Of a stretch of 64,000 bases of DNA, positions 46,082 through 55,573 are shown piece by piece. Position numbers and translations under genes: made by a program. The stretch's first letter is position 1. Each line of letters begins with the position of its first letter. This DNA comes from a virus, in IMG/VR virus record IMGVR_UViG_3300002835_000041, positions 1 through 64,000 of that record; one strand, written 5' to 3'. The notes under the pieces are model-generated. The model was not told the origin of the DNA, did not search any database, and saw nothing but the letters and a program-made list of their open reading frames with translations.

Positions 46082-46915
46082 ATGAAAAAAATATTAGTTT
46101 ATTTTTATGGGTACAAAAGCAAGTTGCTACCACAAGCAGTAGAGCAACTCATAAAAAATCAAAGTGGTCAAAATGATATACATGTTGTCGTATACGACCA
46201 AACAAATATATCAAGGCCAGAAAAGTTTTTAGGAATAGAATACAATCATATCTACTGGGATAGATTAATATCTAGATTTAAATGCTTTTATCTTCTAAAA
46301 AAAAGAAAAGATTTTGATTTTTTTATGTATGTTGATGGTGCCAAAATGTTTGAAAAGGATTGGGATGCTGAACTATTAAGATACCAGGACGAATCAGATA
46401 TTATACTTTCAGGCAATCACGACATTGTTTTTAATAAAAATAACTATAAGTTTTATCCAGACTGGAATAAAACAAGCATTGCAATGGCAACAAAAAACAA
46501 CTGGTTTGTTAAAGATTTTTTCTTTATGAAATTTAGTTTGTTTGAACTATTTCCTGATATTTCAATATTTAAATATTATGGAGTTGAGGAATATGTTTCC
46601 ATGTATGCAGCGCACAAAGGTATTTCTATAGTTGCTCTTCCAACTAATTTTGTTATTGATCAAGAGCCTAGAATAGAAGAAAATGATTTTGTTCCATTTT
46701 CTCTATATCACAACTATTCAAAAGTTATAGATTCTTTTAAATCAAAAGATGAATCTATGCCTGGAGTAAAAGAACTTATGGATCTTGTAGACTATGATTT
46801 CCGTAGTTTAGAATACTTCCCATATAATACAAACGATGTAGAGTATACATTTTTTTCAAATCTAGATAAAATTTCTGAGCAAAGATTTCATGTAGTGCAG
46901 AATGAGGTATATTGA
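46082..46915 (+). CDS. GT-A glycosyltransferase-like protein (GT60/GlcNAc-transferase-like)
   Basis: N-terminal ILVYFYGYK strand; FMYVDGAKMFEKDWDAELL resembles the GT60 pattern Y.LQIDSH.RF...WD..L but is degenerate. Confidence 0.5.
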   Translation: MKKILVYFYGYKSKLLPQAVEQLIKNQSGQNDIHVVVYDQTNISRPEKFLGIEYNHIYWDRLISRFKCFYLLKKRKDFDFFMYVDGAKMFEKDWDAELLRYQDESDIILSGNHDIVFNKNNYKFYPDWNKTSIAMATKNNWFVKDFFFMKFSLFELFPDISIFKYYGVEEYVSMYAAHKGISIVALPTNFVIDQEPRIEENDFVPFSLYHNYSKVIDSFKSKDESMPGVKELMDLVDYDFRSLEYFPYNTNDVEYTFFSNLDKISEQRFHVVQNEVY

Positions 46916-47478
46916 TGATAACATTGCCTGTAGTAATTAAAAATTTTATTGCTGCTGAAGATGCACAGACACTAATAAATGAGATTAACAGTCCATCAGA
47001 AGTTAATCCTTACCCAGAATATTACAAGACTAGGTATGGAGGAACTGCTTATCCATACAACAAGGTAGTTTTAGATATTCAAAAAAAATATTCTTTACTA
47101 TCTAACGAGACACACCAAAGACTTAATCCAGAAGAAACAAAGCAAATAAAAACATTTAAATCTTTTGGTTCAGTTTGGACAAAAGGTAGTTCAGCAAACG
47201 CACACGCTGACGATCAGCCACCAGAAGAATTCATTGAATATAGTACGGTAATATATCTTGACGATAATTTTACTGGAGGAGAATTATATTTCCCAAATCT
47301 TAACTTTACATATAAGCCAGAAAAATATGATGGGATATTTTTTGTTAGTGACGGAGAATTATGGAGTCATGGAATATCCGAAATAGAAAGTGGACATAGG
47401 TCAACCCTACTCTACATGCACACAACACAAACAGAACATTCAGGGGGGTATACAATTGTTGATCCAGACCTTAATTAA
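46912..47478 (+). CDS. Prolyl-4-hydroxylase-like 2OG-Fe(II) oxygenase
   Basis: AHADD, VIYLDDNFTGGELYF, SHGISEI, HRSTL. Confidence 0.85.
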   Translation: MMITLPVVIKNFIAAEDAQTLINEINSPSEVNPYPEYYKTRYGGTAYPYNKVVLDIQKKYSLLSNETHQRLNPEETKQIKTFKSFGSVWTKGSSANAHADDQPPEEFIEYSTVIYLDDNFTGGELYFPNLNFTYKPEKYDGIFFVSDGELWSHGISEIESGHRSTLLYMHTTQTEHSGGYTIVDPDLN

Positions 47479-47557
47479 AAAAATTAAGACATACTTAATA
47501 CTAAGAGAAATAAAGAAAAATGATAAAAAAAACAGATACCTGTATTAAGGATAATAT

Positions 47558-48982
47558 ATGATAATTCTTGGAGTAAACGAAACATCTCATGACGCATCAG
47601 TATCTCTAATCAAAGATGGAGAAATTCTTTTTGCAGGGCATGCAGAAAGATATAGCAAACAAAAAAATGACTGGTATATCAATGATAGTTTAATAAAAGA
47701 TGCTTTGCAGTATGGGGCACCAGATCATATTGCCTACTATGAAAAGCCCCTTCTGAAGGCCTCTAGGCTGGCTCTAAGGGGTGGATCTGGAGACTGGAAA
47801 CCAAGGTTTGATATTCCTGGTATACCAAGGAAACATTTTAGTCATCACTATTCTCACGCTGCAGCGGGATACTACACTAGTTCTTTTAGTGATTCCGTAA
47901 TAGTTGTGCTTGATGCTATTGGAGAATACAACACATCTACAATATGGGTTGGTGAAGGAGATAAGATTAGGCTAAAGTATAAGCAAAACTATCCAGTTAG
48001 TTTTGGATTATTTTATTCTGCTTTCACAAAACTAATAGGTCTAATGCCAAATCAAGAAGAATATATCATGATGGGAATGGCAGCATACGGAGACTGGACA
48101 AAATACTATAGAAAAGTAGATGAGTATTTTCCTTCATATACAAAACAAAAATATAATTTTCATCAGGGAATAAATGATTGGGGAGTAAAGATCACTGAGC
48201 AAGATAGGTTTGATATTGCTGCAGCAGTTCAGGTTGTCTATGAGCAAAGACTAAATGATTTTATGCACATGGCATACTCTATTACTGGAAAAAAGAATTT
48301 AGTATTTATGGGTGGTTGTGCACTTAACTCATCAGCAAACACTATGCTTTGGAACATATTTGATATGATCTGGATTATGCCAAACCCTGGAGATGCTGGC
48401 AGTTCTTTGGGTGCTGCTGCTGCACTTTATGGAAAACATCTTGAATGGAAAGACCCATACCTTGGTTATGATCTGGGTGGAAAATATCCTATTCAGAAAA
48501 TTATTGAGGGGATATTAAAAGACGGTATAGTAGCAGTAGCATCAGGAAGAGCAGAATATGGTCCAAGAGCATTAGGAAATAGATCAATTCTTGCAGACCC
48601 AAGAGATCCACTAATCAAAGACAAAGTAAATAGAATTAAACAGAGAGAATTATTTAGGCCATTTGCTCCTGTAGTTTTAGCAGATCACGCATATAGATGG
48701 TTTGATATGGATTTTGAAAGCCCATATATGCAGTACACAGTCAAGTGCTTACAGCCAGACAAGATACCTTCTGTGGTTCATGAAGATGGTACTTCTAGAG
48801 TTCAGACAGTTACAAGAGAACAACATCCAGGATTGTACAGGGTTATAAATAAATTTTATCTACAAACTGGAGTTCCAATACTCTTGAATACTAGTCTTAA
48901 CATAAAGGGTCAACCGCTCCTAAATGATGAAAACGATATACTTAAATGGGAAAAAGAATACAACTTTACAATATGTAGGTAA
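47558..48982 (+). CDS. Carbamoyltransferase (NodU/CmcH/TobZ family)
   Basis: SHDASV, HHYSHAAAGY, LDAIGE, GGCALNS, GDAG, EYGPRALGNRSIL, FRPFAP, DGTSRVQTV, LLNTSLN. Confidence 0.95.
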   Translation: MIILGVNETSHDASVSLIKDGEILFAGHAERYSKQKNDWYINDSLIKDALQYGAPDHIAYYEKPLLKASRLALRGGSGDWKPRFDIPGIPRKHFSHHYSHAAAGYYTSSFSDSVIVVLDAIGEYNTSTIWVGEGDKIRLKYKQNYPVSFGLFYSAFTKLIGLMPNQEEYIMMGMAAYGDWTKYYRKVDEYFPSYTKQKYNFHQGINDWGVKITEQDRFDIAAAVQVVYEQRLNDFMHMAYSITGKKNLVFMGGCALNSSANTMLWNIFDMIWIMPNPGDAGSSLGAAAALYGKHLEWKDPYLGYDLGGKYPIQKIIEGILKDGIVAVASGRAEYGPRALGNRSILADPRDPLIKDKVNRIKQRELFRPFAPVVLADHAYRWFDMDFESPYMQYTVKCLQPDKIPSVVHEDGTSRVQTVTREQHPGLYRVINKFYLQTGVPILLNTSLNIKGQPLLNDENDILKWEKEYNFTICR

Positions 48983-49019
48983 ACTGGTATAATAGATATG
49001 TCCTTAAAGGAGGAATAAA

Positions 49020-49634
49020 ATGGCAGCAAAAGGTAGTCTAGAAGCAATCATTGAGATTGCAAAAAAGGAAGTGGGCACAATTGAAGGCCCTAAAGATAAT
49101 GAAACAAAATATGGCAAGTGGACTGGGATGAATTTTCAGCCATGGTGCCAGTCATTTGTTTCTTGGTGTGCATTTACATCGGGATTAGATCCAAAGAAGT
49201 ATCCAAAGTCTGCATCAACAGTAGCAGCGTCAGATTGGTTCAAGAAGAATGGGCGTTGGTCAGATGCTCGTAATGATGATCCACAAGCAGGAGACTGGAT
49301 TTATTTTGATTTTCCAGAAGATGGTGTAAATCGTATTTCACATGTTGGAATCTGTATCAAGAACAACGGAGATGGAACAATCCAAGTTATTGAGGGAAAC
49401 ACTTCAGGAACTGCAAAGGGAGATCAGCGCAATGGCGGAATGTGCGTAGAGAAGACTCGTGGTTATGTAAAAAACAACAAGAAGAAGTTGCTTAATGGAG
49501 TTGTCGGTTGGGGTCGTCCAGTTTATACTGGTGAAGAAAATGCTCCGCTTCTCAATAAGGTGGTAGCACCAGTTGTAGCAAAGCCTGCAGTAAAGCCAGT
49601 AGTTAAGAAACCAGTAGCAAAGAAGGCTAAGTAA
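49020..49634 (+). CDS. CHAP-domain amidase (probable endolysin)
   Basis: QPWCQSFVSW, SHVGI, IEGNTS; Lys/Pro/Val-rich tail. Confidence 0.85.
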   Translation: MAAKGSLEAIIEIAKKEVGTIEGPKDNETKYGKWTGMNFQPWCQSFVSWCAFTSGLDPKKYPKSASTVAASDWFKKNGRWSDARNDDPQAGDWIYFDFPEDGVNRISHVGICIKNNGDGTIQVIEGNTSGTAKGDQRNGGMCVEKTRGYVKNNKKKLLNGVVGWGRPVYTGEENAPLLNKVVAPVVAKPAVKPVVKKPVAKKAK

Positions 49635-49835
49635 ATGGAATCAACAAAAAGAACTCTACTAAAAACAGCAAGTTGGGAAACATTTCATCTTGTTGGTGTT
49701 GCTGGTGTAATTTATTTATTTACTGGTGAGTGGGAGTATGCAAGTCTTGGTGCTCTTATTTACATTGGTTGGGAAGCACTCGGATATTTCTTACACGAAA
49801 GAGTTTGGGCTAAGTTTGGAAACAAGGTAAAGTAA
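49635..49835 (+). CDS. DUF2061 small membrane protein
   Basis: RTLLKTASW...YFLHERVWAK. Confidence 0.8.
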   Translation: MESTKRTLLKTASWETFHLVGVAGVIYLFTGEWEYASLGALIYIGWEALGYFLHERVWAKFGNKVK

Positions 49836-49942
49836 TGCGTATTAAGATAATTAAGTTTGTCGTAAAGGCATTAGGCTATGAGTGGGGTGGGGATTCGCTT
49901 AAGGCACCAATCTGGACAGTAAAAGAAAAGAAAAAGAAATAG
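49835..49942 (+). CDS. Small basic protein (35 aa)
   Basis: Coupled at both ends; MRIKIIKFVVKALG... Confidence 0.4.
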   Translation: MRIKIIKFVVKALGYEWGGDSLKAPIWTVKEKKKK

Positions 49943-50127
49943 TGCCAGCCTACGAATATGTTTGTGAGTCCTGTAATAAGAACTACACAAAGGTTCGTAG
50001 TATAAAAGAAGACGATCCAGGGTATGGTTGTGAAACTTGCAATCTGCCTCTGGTTCGTGTATACTCGAATATAGGAGCAGTTTTCAACGGTAGTGGATTT
50101 TATTCCACTGATAACAGAAAGAAATAG
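49942..50127 (+). CDS. FmdB-family zinc-ribbon protein
   Basis: MPAYEYVCESC...CETC...VFNGSGFYSTD. Confidence 0.85.
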   Translation: MPAYEYVCESCNKNYTKVRSIKEDDPGYGCETCNLPLVRVYSNIGAVFNGSGFYSTDNRKK

Positions 50128-50137
50128 GCAGTATACT

Positions 50138-50392
50138 ATGAAGACAATGATTGATGAATCAGTAGAAGTAAAGCAGTGGACACTATCTCCATTGGATAGG
50201 TGTGATTCTTGTGCTGCTGAAGCGTTAGTTCAAGTTACTGGAATCTCTGGAGATTTAATGTTTTGTGGACATCACTACAATAAGATTATGGATAATCCTG
50301 AAGGTTATAAAAAAATGATGTCTTTTGCTCTTACCATCCTTGATGAAAGAGAAAAACTTGTTGAGAATAAGTCAAAGGGTAAGGATTACTAA
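50138..50392 (+). CDS. Small Zn-binding hypothetical protein
   Basis: DRCDSC and FCGHH. Confidence 0.6.
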   Translation: MKTMIDESVEVKQWTLSPLDRCDSCAAEALVQVTGISGDLMFCGHHYNKIMDNPEGYKKMMSFALTILDEREKLVENKSKGKDY

Positions 50393-51153
50393 TGATCATT
50401 CAGATTATTGGACTACCTGGTTCTGGTAAAACAGAACTTGCAAAGGCTTTAAAAGAAAGAATTAATGCTATACATCTTAATGCAGATGAAGTTCGTGCAA
50501 CAGTAAATTCTGATCTTGGATTTACTCCTGAAGACAGGCTTGAACAAGCACGACGAATGGGAGAGATGGCAAGGCTAATTGCAAAACAAGGTGTTGCTCC
50601 AGTCATTGTAGATTTTGTATGCCCAACAGAATTAACTCGTAAAGCATTTGGAAAGCCAGATATTTTAATCTACATGGAAACAATTGAAGAAAGCAGATTT
50701 GAAGATACTAATAAAATGTTTGAAGTACCCAGCAATTTTGACATGGCTTTTATTAGTCATGAGTGGAACGCAAACGAAAAAGCAACAGAAATTATTAAGC
50801 AGTTCAGACTACATGACTGGTCTGCACCCACAACACTTATGCTAGGTAGGTACCAGCCTTGGCACGAAGGCCACCACGCCCTTTACAAGGAGGCTGGCAA
50901 GAGAACTGAGCAGGTACTTCTGGGAGTCCGTAATACCTATAATACAAGTGAAAAGGATCCACTTAAGTTTGATCAGGTAAAAGAATATATTGCCAAAGAT
51001 GAATTTATGGATGGTGCATTAGTATTAAGATTGCCTAACATTACTAACATTGTGTATGGTCGTGATGTAGGGTATAAGATTGAGCAAGTAGATTTGGGGG
51101 CAGACATTCATGCTATATCGGCTACGCAAAAGCGCAAAGAAATGGGCATCTAA
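50392..51153 (+). CDS. APS-kinase (CysC)-like P-loop domain fused to an HxGH nucleotidyltransferase domain
   Basis: IIGLPGSGKT, LNADEVR, LGFTPEDRLEQARRMGE, VIVDFVCP; then MLGRYQPWHEGH. Confidence 0.85.
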   Translation: MIIQIIGLPGSGKTELAKALKERINAIHLNADEVRATVNSDLGFTPEDRLEQARRMGEMARLIAKQGVAPVIVDFVCPTELTRKAFGKPDILIYMETIEESRFEDTNKMFEVPSNFDMAFISHEWNANEKATEIIKQFRLHDWSAPTTLMLGRYQPWHEGHHALYKEAGKRTEQVLLGVRNTYNTSEKDPLKFDQVKEYIAKDEFMDGALVLRLPNITNIVYGRDVGYKIEQVDLGADIHAISATQKRKEMGI

Positions 51154-51201
51154 GGTTTGGAACTTAATAACTAAAGGCCCTAAAAATATGGAGTGGCCAG
51201 C

Positions 51202-51405
51202 ATGAATGTATCTAAACAAAGATCAGCACTAAAGGCTATTACATGGCGTATAATTGGAACAGCAGATACATTTGCTATTGCTTGGCTTATAACCAAAGAG
51301 CCAGTTACAGCAGGTGCAATCGCAAGTTTCGAGGTAGTTACAAAAACAATCCTTTATTACTTCCATGAGCGTGGTTGGAATAAAGTTAAATGGGGGAGAA
51401 AATAA
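51202..51405 (+). CDS. DUF2061 small membrane protein (second copy)
   Basis: RSALKAITWRIIGT...YYFHERGWNK. Confidence 0.85.
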   Translation: MNVSKQRSALKAITWRIIGTADTFAIAWLITKEPVTAGAIASFEVVTKTILYYFHERGWNKVKWGRK

Positions 51406-51812
51406 TGTTTGAATATTATGTAAAGAAAGTAACAAAGGTAGTTGATGGAGATACCATTGATGTCGATATTGATTTAGGGTTTGACATCTCTTTTAGTTCA
51501 AGAGTCAGGCTGGCTGGTATTGATACACCTGAGTCTCGTACAACAGACAAGGCTGAAAAGGCTTTAGGACTGGAAGCAAAGGCTTATTTAAAGGCTGCTA
51601 TTGACAGTGCTAAGTCTGTAGTGATCAAGACAGAGAAGATGGACTCATCAGAAAAGTATGGTCGCATCCTTGGTTGGGTATACCTTGATGGGGATACCGT
51701 TTCAATCAATGACAAGATGATCAATGATGGCCATGCCTGGGGCTATATGGGAGAGACAAAGGTCAAAGATTTCGCTGCACTTGCAAAGGCCAGAAAGAAG
51801 TCTGGCAAGTGA
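51405..51812 (+). CDS. Thermonuclease (SNase) family nuclease
   Basis: VVDGDTI, RVRLAGIDTPE, EKYGRILG. Confidence 0.92.
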   Translation: MFEYYVKKVTKVVDGDTIDVDIDLGFDISFSSRVRLAGIDTPESRTTDKAEKALGLEAKAYLKAAIDSAKSVVIKTEKMDSSEKYGRILGWVYLDGDTVSINDKMINDGHAWGYMGETKVKDFAALAKARKKSGK

Positions 51813-52141
51813 GTGATGACTTTGATATTGTTGACAACCTAGTTTTAAATGGTGGCCTAGAGTTTGCAGGTAAAGACTCTGAGACTGGAGAGCCATTGTA
51901 TAAGCCTACAGAGAGGCTTAAAGATATTGATGCTAGGCTTAGCGAGGACTTGTCTGCATATTTTTCAGAGGTAACTTTAAAACTTTGGGAAAAAGGTTTC
52001 CTTGACATGAATATAACAGAGAAAGATCCTTTGGTAAAGTTAGGACCAAAAGGCTTTGATGCTTTAGCCATAAAGTCTTTACCAAAAGATGAGAGAGTAG
52101 TCATTGAAGAAATAGTGAAGGCTCTTTTTAACAAAAACTGA
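51809..52141 (+). CDS. Hypothetical protein
   Basis: Coupled GTG start. Confidence 0.6.
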   Translation: MSDDFDIVDNLVLNGGLEFAGKDSETGEPLYKPTERLKDIDARLSEDLSAYFSEVTLKLWEKGFLDMNITEKDPLVKLGPKGFDALAIKSLPKDERVVIEEIVKALFNKN

Positions 52142-52165
52142 TATACTGGGTGTCTAGGAGTATTT

Positions 52166-52582
52166 ATGAATAATTTTTATGGTGCTATTGGGACAACTCT
52201 AACTATCATTTTGCTATTATACATATACATCCTGAGAAATAATATAAGGAATAATCGGCAGCCTATAATTAGTCAGTCAATGTTGCAGCACCGATATAGC
52301 AATAGAAAAAATAATGCAAGAAGAATAAAGGTTAAAACTCAGGCAAACCTTCATTATGATAAAACAAACATAAAGGTTATTATTTTTGATAATGATGCGT
52401 ACTGGATCAAGGACAATATTTTTTATAAAGCACCACTAGTTGATGAACTTATCGATAAGGAAGCAGCAGAACAAGTTGACACGATACACATGGATAAGGT
52501 ACAATTAGACAAGATGTTATTCATAATGGATAAATTAAGAGAAGGGATTGGCAATGATAGTAGGAGTTCAGGGGACCAGTAG
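52166..52582 (+). CDS. Hypothetical protein with an N-terminal TM segment
   Basis: SD AGGAG; hydrophobic N-terminus. Confidence 0.6.
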   Translation: MNNFYGAIGTTLTIILLLYIYILRNNIRNNRQPIISQSMLQHRYSNRKNNARRIKVKTQANLHYDKTNIKVIIFDNDAYWIKDNIFYKAPLVDELIDKEAAEQVDTIHMDKVQLDKMLFIMDKLREGIGNDSRSSGDQ

Positions 52583-52904
52583 TTTTGATGACTACCAGAT
52601 CTTCCTTAGATCTATGGCTGTTGCCTTATCTGAATTAACAGAAGAAGATAAAGAATTTTATCTATATTCTGCAGGACCAGAAAACATTAATATGATGGCC
52701 ATGGAGTTTGTTAACTTATCAGAAAGAGGCTTAAAGTCTCGTGGTAAAAGTATTAAGTATAAGCCTGTCCCACATTGGTGGATTGAAACAAATATTTCAG
52801 AGTTAAATCATTTTGCTTTTTTATGTAAACCAAAAGAGCCAATGTCTAAACTTGTTCATTTTTCAAAACTAAACAACATCAATACAAATGTATATAATTT
52901 TTAA
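52554..52904 (+). CDS. Hypothetical protein, possibly SLOG/YspA-like
   Basis: MIVGVQGTSSFDDY resembles the YspA/DUF2493 N-terminal motif, but the match is weak. Confidence 0.35.
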   Translation: MIVGVQGTSSFDDYQIFLRSMAVALSELTEEDKEFYLYSAGPENINMMAMEFVNLSERGLKSRGKSIKYKPVPHWWIETNISELNHFAFLCKPKEPMSKLVHFSKLNNINTNVYNF

Positions 52905-52954
52905 ATAGAATATACATAAGCCAGTGCTTTGCACACAAACAGAACGGAAACACT

Positions 52955-53167
52955 ATGAAGTTAATTAATTCTTTAGAGACTATGGAATCAATAGTCAACA
53001 AGAACAGACAACTGTCTTGGGATGGATGGACAGTAGTGGAAACATTTCCATCAGAGAAGGCATACTTTTCAAAGTTTGGCATTTATAAAAACAACAAATG
53101 GCAAATGAAAAAAGAGTTTGTTCCTTCTAATCTAGGTTGGGAAATTCCTGATAAGTATGTGATCTAA
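52955..53167 (+). CDS. Hypothetical protein
   Basis: Clean ORF rich in Trp. Confidence 0.6.
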   Translation: MKLINSLETMESIVNKNRQLSWDGWTVVETFPSEKAYFSKFGIYKNNKWQMKKEFVPSNLGWEIPDKYVI

Positions 53168-53449
53168 TTGAATAAATTTAAATGGAAAGACAACGCTGTT
53201 TGTTTAGATTATGACACAAATTTATTCTTTGACAAATATGAAGATGATGAAATACTAAGGCCAGCAATAGATGCTTTATGCTTTTCCTGCCCAGTAAGAA
53301 AAGAATGTTTTTCTGTTGGAATTTCAGGTAAAGAGTGGGGTGTTTGGGGCGGGGTATACTTAGAAAATGGAGAGATATCAAAAGAATTCTCTAGCCACAA
53401 GAGTAAAAATGACTGGGGAATGACATGGCAATCATTAACAATGGAGTAA
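53168..53449 (+). CDS. whiB: WhiB-family Fe-S transcription factor
   Basis: Four Cys (C...C-x2-C-x5-C: CFSCPVRKEC), LFF and GVWGG turn. Confidence 0.93.
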   Translation: MNKFKWKDNAVCLDYDTNLFFDKYEDDEILRPAIDALCFSCPVRKECFSVGISGKEWGVWGGVYLENGEISKEFSSHKSKNDWGMTWQSLTME

Positions 53450-53450
53450 T

Positions 53451-53690
53451 ATGTACACAGACGCAATGAGAAGAGCATTTAGATCACTTCATGCTCCTAA
53501 TAATTTTTCTTTACAGATTATAGATAATGATGACTTTATAACAGTAAAAGCAAAAGAAAAAGACTTTATGTCTTTAGAGACTGTGGAGTTAAAAAAGCAG
53601 GCTATTGAATATATGATTCGTGTAAAGAAGGCACTAGAGGATAACGGAGCAATTGTTCTTCTAGTTAGAGAGGGTGGCAAAGAACTATGA
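53451..53690 (+). CDS. Hypothetical protein
   Basis: Coupled ORF after whiB. Confidence 0.6.
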   Translation: MYTDAMRRAFRSLHAPNNFSLQIIDNDDFITVKAKEKDFMSLETVELKKQAIEYMIRVKKALEDNGAIVLLVREGGKEL

Positions 53691-54094
53691 TCCAGCCGAT
53701 ATTGTTAGTTATTTTATCAGTCACATCTACGGTATTAGGTTTTCTTTTTTACATTCAAAGAAAAAAGACTATACAGATAGTTGCCAATATGCTAGATTTT
53801 ATGATGATCCAGGAAGCACAAAAACAAGAAACAAAAACAGAGCAAGAACAGTCTAATGAAGACTTTTTAAAATTTATTTCAGATTCTCGTGACTGGGCAT
53901 ACACCTATATAGACGAAGTGCAAGCATCTTTAAATAAGTTTATTAGTGATATTGAGCCAGAGATTAGTTATTTTAAAGAGTATGGGGATGTCGGATCTAT
54001 GGCTCCCAACTACTACTCTATGAAAAAAATCACTGGAGCATATGAAGAACTAAAGAAACTGCTACCAGAAGACTATGGTAAAATAGATACATGA
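53687..54094 (+). CDS. Membrane-anchored hypothetical protein
   Basis: N-terminal TM ILLVILSVTSTVLGFLFY. Confidence 0.6.
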   Translation: MIQPILLVILSVTSTVLGFLFYIQRKKTIQIVANMLDFMMIQEAQKQETKTEQEQSNEDFLKFISDSRDWAYTYIDEVQASLNKFISDIEPEISYFKEYGDVGSMAPNYYSMKKITGAYEELKKLLPEDYGKIDT

Positions 54095-54693
54095 TTAATG
54101 ATCCATCAAACAAAGATGAAGTCTATTTAAAAAATGTTGAAAAAATAGGAAGTTCTTCAGAAAACATTCGATATATAGAAAATATCTTGTCTGAAGAAGA
54201 GCACACAGTTTTACTTGAGTATGTAAAGGCCCGTAAAGAATGGGTTCACGAGCCATGGGATGCCGAGACTGTTGGTCCAGACCAGATGCCACAAGACATT
54301 TTAAATATGTTAGAAAAAATATTTGTATTTGTTCAAAATACTGCCACAGATTTTTATGATGTAAAGATTAATGATTTTAAAAGGGACAACCTTGTTTTAA
54401 TTAAGTTTCCACGGGGTCTTGTTTTATATCCACATATAGATACAGATTCAGTAGAATCAAATCACATTGCATCGATATACTATATTAATGACGACTATGT
54501 TGGCGGAGAGATAAACTTTCCAGATTACAATGTAAAGATTCATCCAAAGCCTAACAGTGTTGTTTTCTTTCCTGGCAATGAAAATTACTTACATGAAGTC
54601 CTTACGATTCGAAGTGGAGACCGATATAGCACATCTATGTGGTTTCAGTTTACTGGTTCTACTTTTAACAAAAATGCAGAATGGTATAAATAA
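54091..54693 (+). CDS. P4H-like 2OG-Fe(II) oxygenase
   Basis: PHIDTD, YYINDDYVGGEINF, YLHEV, DRYS. Confidence 0.88.
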   Translation: MINDPSNKDEVYLKNVEKIGSSSENIRYIENILSEEEHTVLLEYVKARKEWVHEPWDAETVGPDQMPQDILNMLEKIFVFVQNTATDFYDVKINDFKRDNLVLIKFPRGLVLYPHIDTDSVESNHIASIYYINDDYVGGEINFPDYNVKIHPKPNSVVFFPGNENYLHEVLTIRSGDRYSTSMWFQFTGSTFNKNAEWYK

Positions 54694-54695
54694 AA

Positions 54696-55247
54696 ATGAC
54701 AATATCTGAATTAGGAAATTCTGTAGACAATATACAAATTACAGAAAATGTTTTATCTATAGAAGAGCATAGACAACTTCTTTATTATACAACCAATCTT
54801 GATTCTTGGGTTACTCAGCCTTGGGGTGTTAAATTTTTTAAAGATGGACTGCCAGAACAAATCATCAGTATATTAGAAAAAGTTTTTAGGATTGCCGATA
54901 AAAAATGCAGAGAAACCTACAATGTAAGTCTTAATGTTTTTGAAAGAAAAGAAGTACACCTGATTAAGTTTGAAAAAGGCTACAAGATGAATGAGCATGC
55001 AGATACTACGGGGGATTTTGCAGCAATATACTATATTAACGATGACTATGAAGGAGGAGAAATAAACTTTACAGATCATAATCTTAAGATTAAGCCAAAG
55101 TCTAATAGTCTTATTACATTTCCCAGCAATGAAAACTACTGGCACGAAGTTCTTGAAAATACTGTAAAAGAAAGATACTCCTCTACTCTATGGTTTACAA
55201 TTGAAGGATCTAGCCGTGTAAGACCCGAAAGTGGACTGGTCAGATGA
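54696..55247 (+). CDS. P4H-like 2OG-Fe(II) oxygenase (tandem paralog)
   Basis: EHADT, YYINDDYEGGEINF, YWHEV, ERYS. Confidence 0.88.
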   Translation: MTISELGNSVDNIQITENVLSIEEHRQLLYYTTNLDSWVTQPWGVKFFKDGLPEQIISILEKVFRIADKKCRETYNVSLNVFERKEVHLIKFEKGYKMNEHADTTGDFAAIYYINDDYEGGEINFTDHNLKIKPKSNSLITFPSNENYWHEVLENTVKERYSSTLWFTIEGSSRVRPESGLVR

Positions 55248-55408
55248 TAAAATTCAAGCCATATGAGGATCGTGCATTTGATGCGTTCTATTCATGCAAT
55301 GTATCTGAGTGTGAACTTGAAGCAGAAAAAATATACGGAACAGAGACATCGATTGTTGATGTTTGTTTAAATCATTATAAAGAATTATCAGAAAAAGGTT
55401 ATCGATGA
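55244..55408 (+). CDS. Small Cys/His protein (54 aa)
   Basis: ATGA coupling; CNVSEC and VCLNH. Confidence 0.5.
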   Translation: MIKFKPYEDRAFDAFYSCNVSECELEAEKIYGTETSIVDVCLNHYKELSEKGYR

Positions 55409-55563
55409 AAGATGTTATCTTGTCAACACTAACAGGTTTTGGATGTGGCGTAGTATTTGCCGCATTCAAATTACCAGTCCCAGCACCACCAGTTTTTGCG
55501 GGAGTCGCAGGAATTATTGGTCTATGGATTGGATTCACAGCACTAACAAAAATAATATCCTAG
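55405..55563 (+). CDS. XapX/DUF1427-like small membrane protein (52 aa)
   Basis: Hand translation gives G...G.VFAAFKLPVPAPPVFAGVAGIIGLWIG. Confidence 0.8.
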   Translation: MKDVILSTLTGFGCGVVFAAFKLPVPAPPVFAGVAGIIGLWIGFTALTKIIS

Positions 55564-55573
55564 GAGGAAAATT

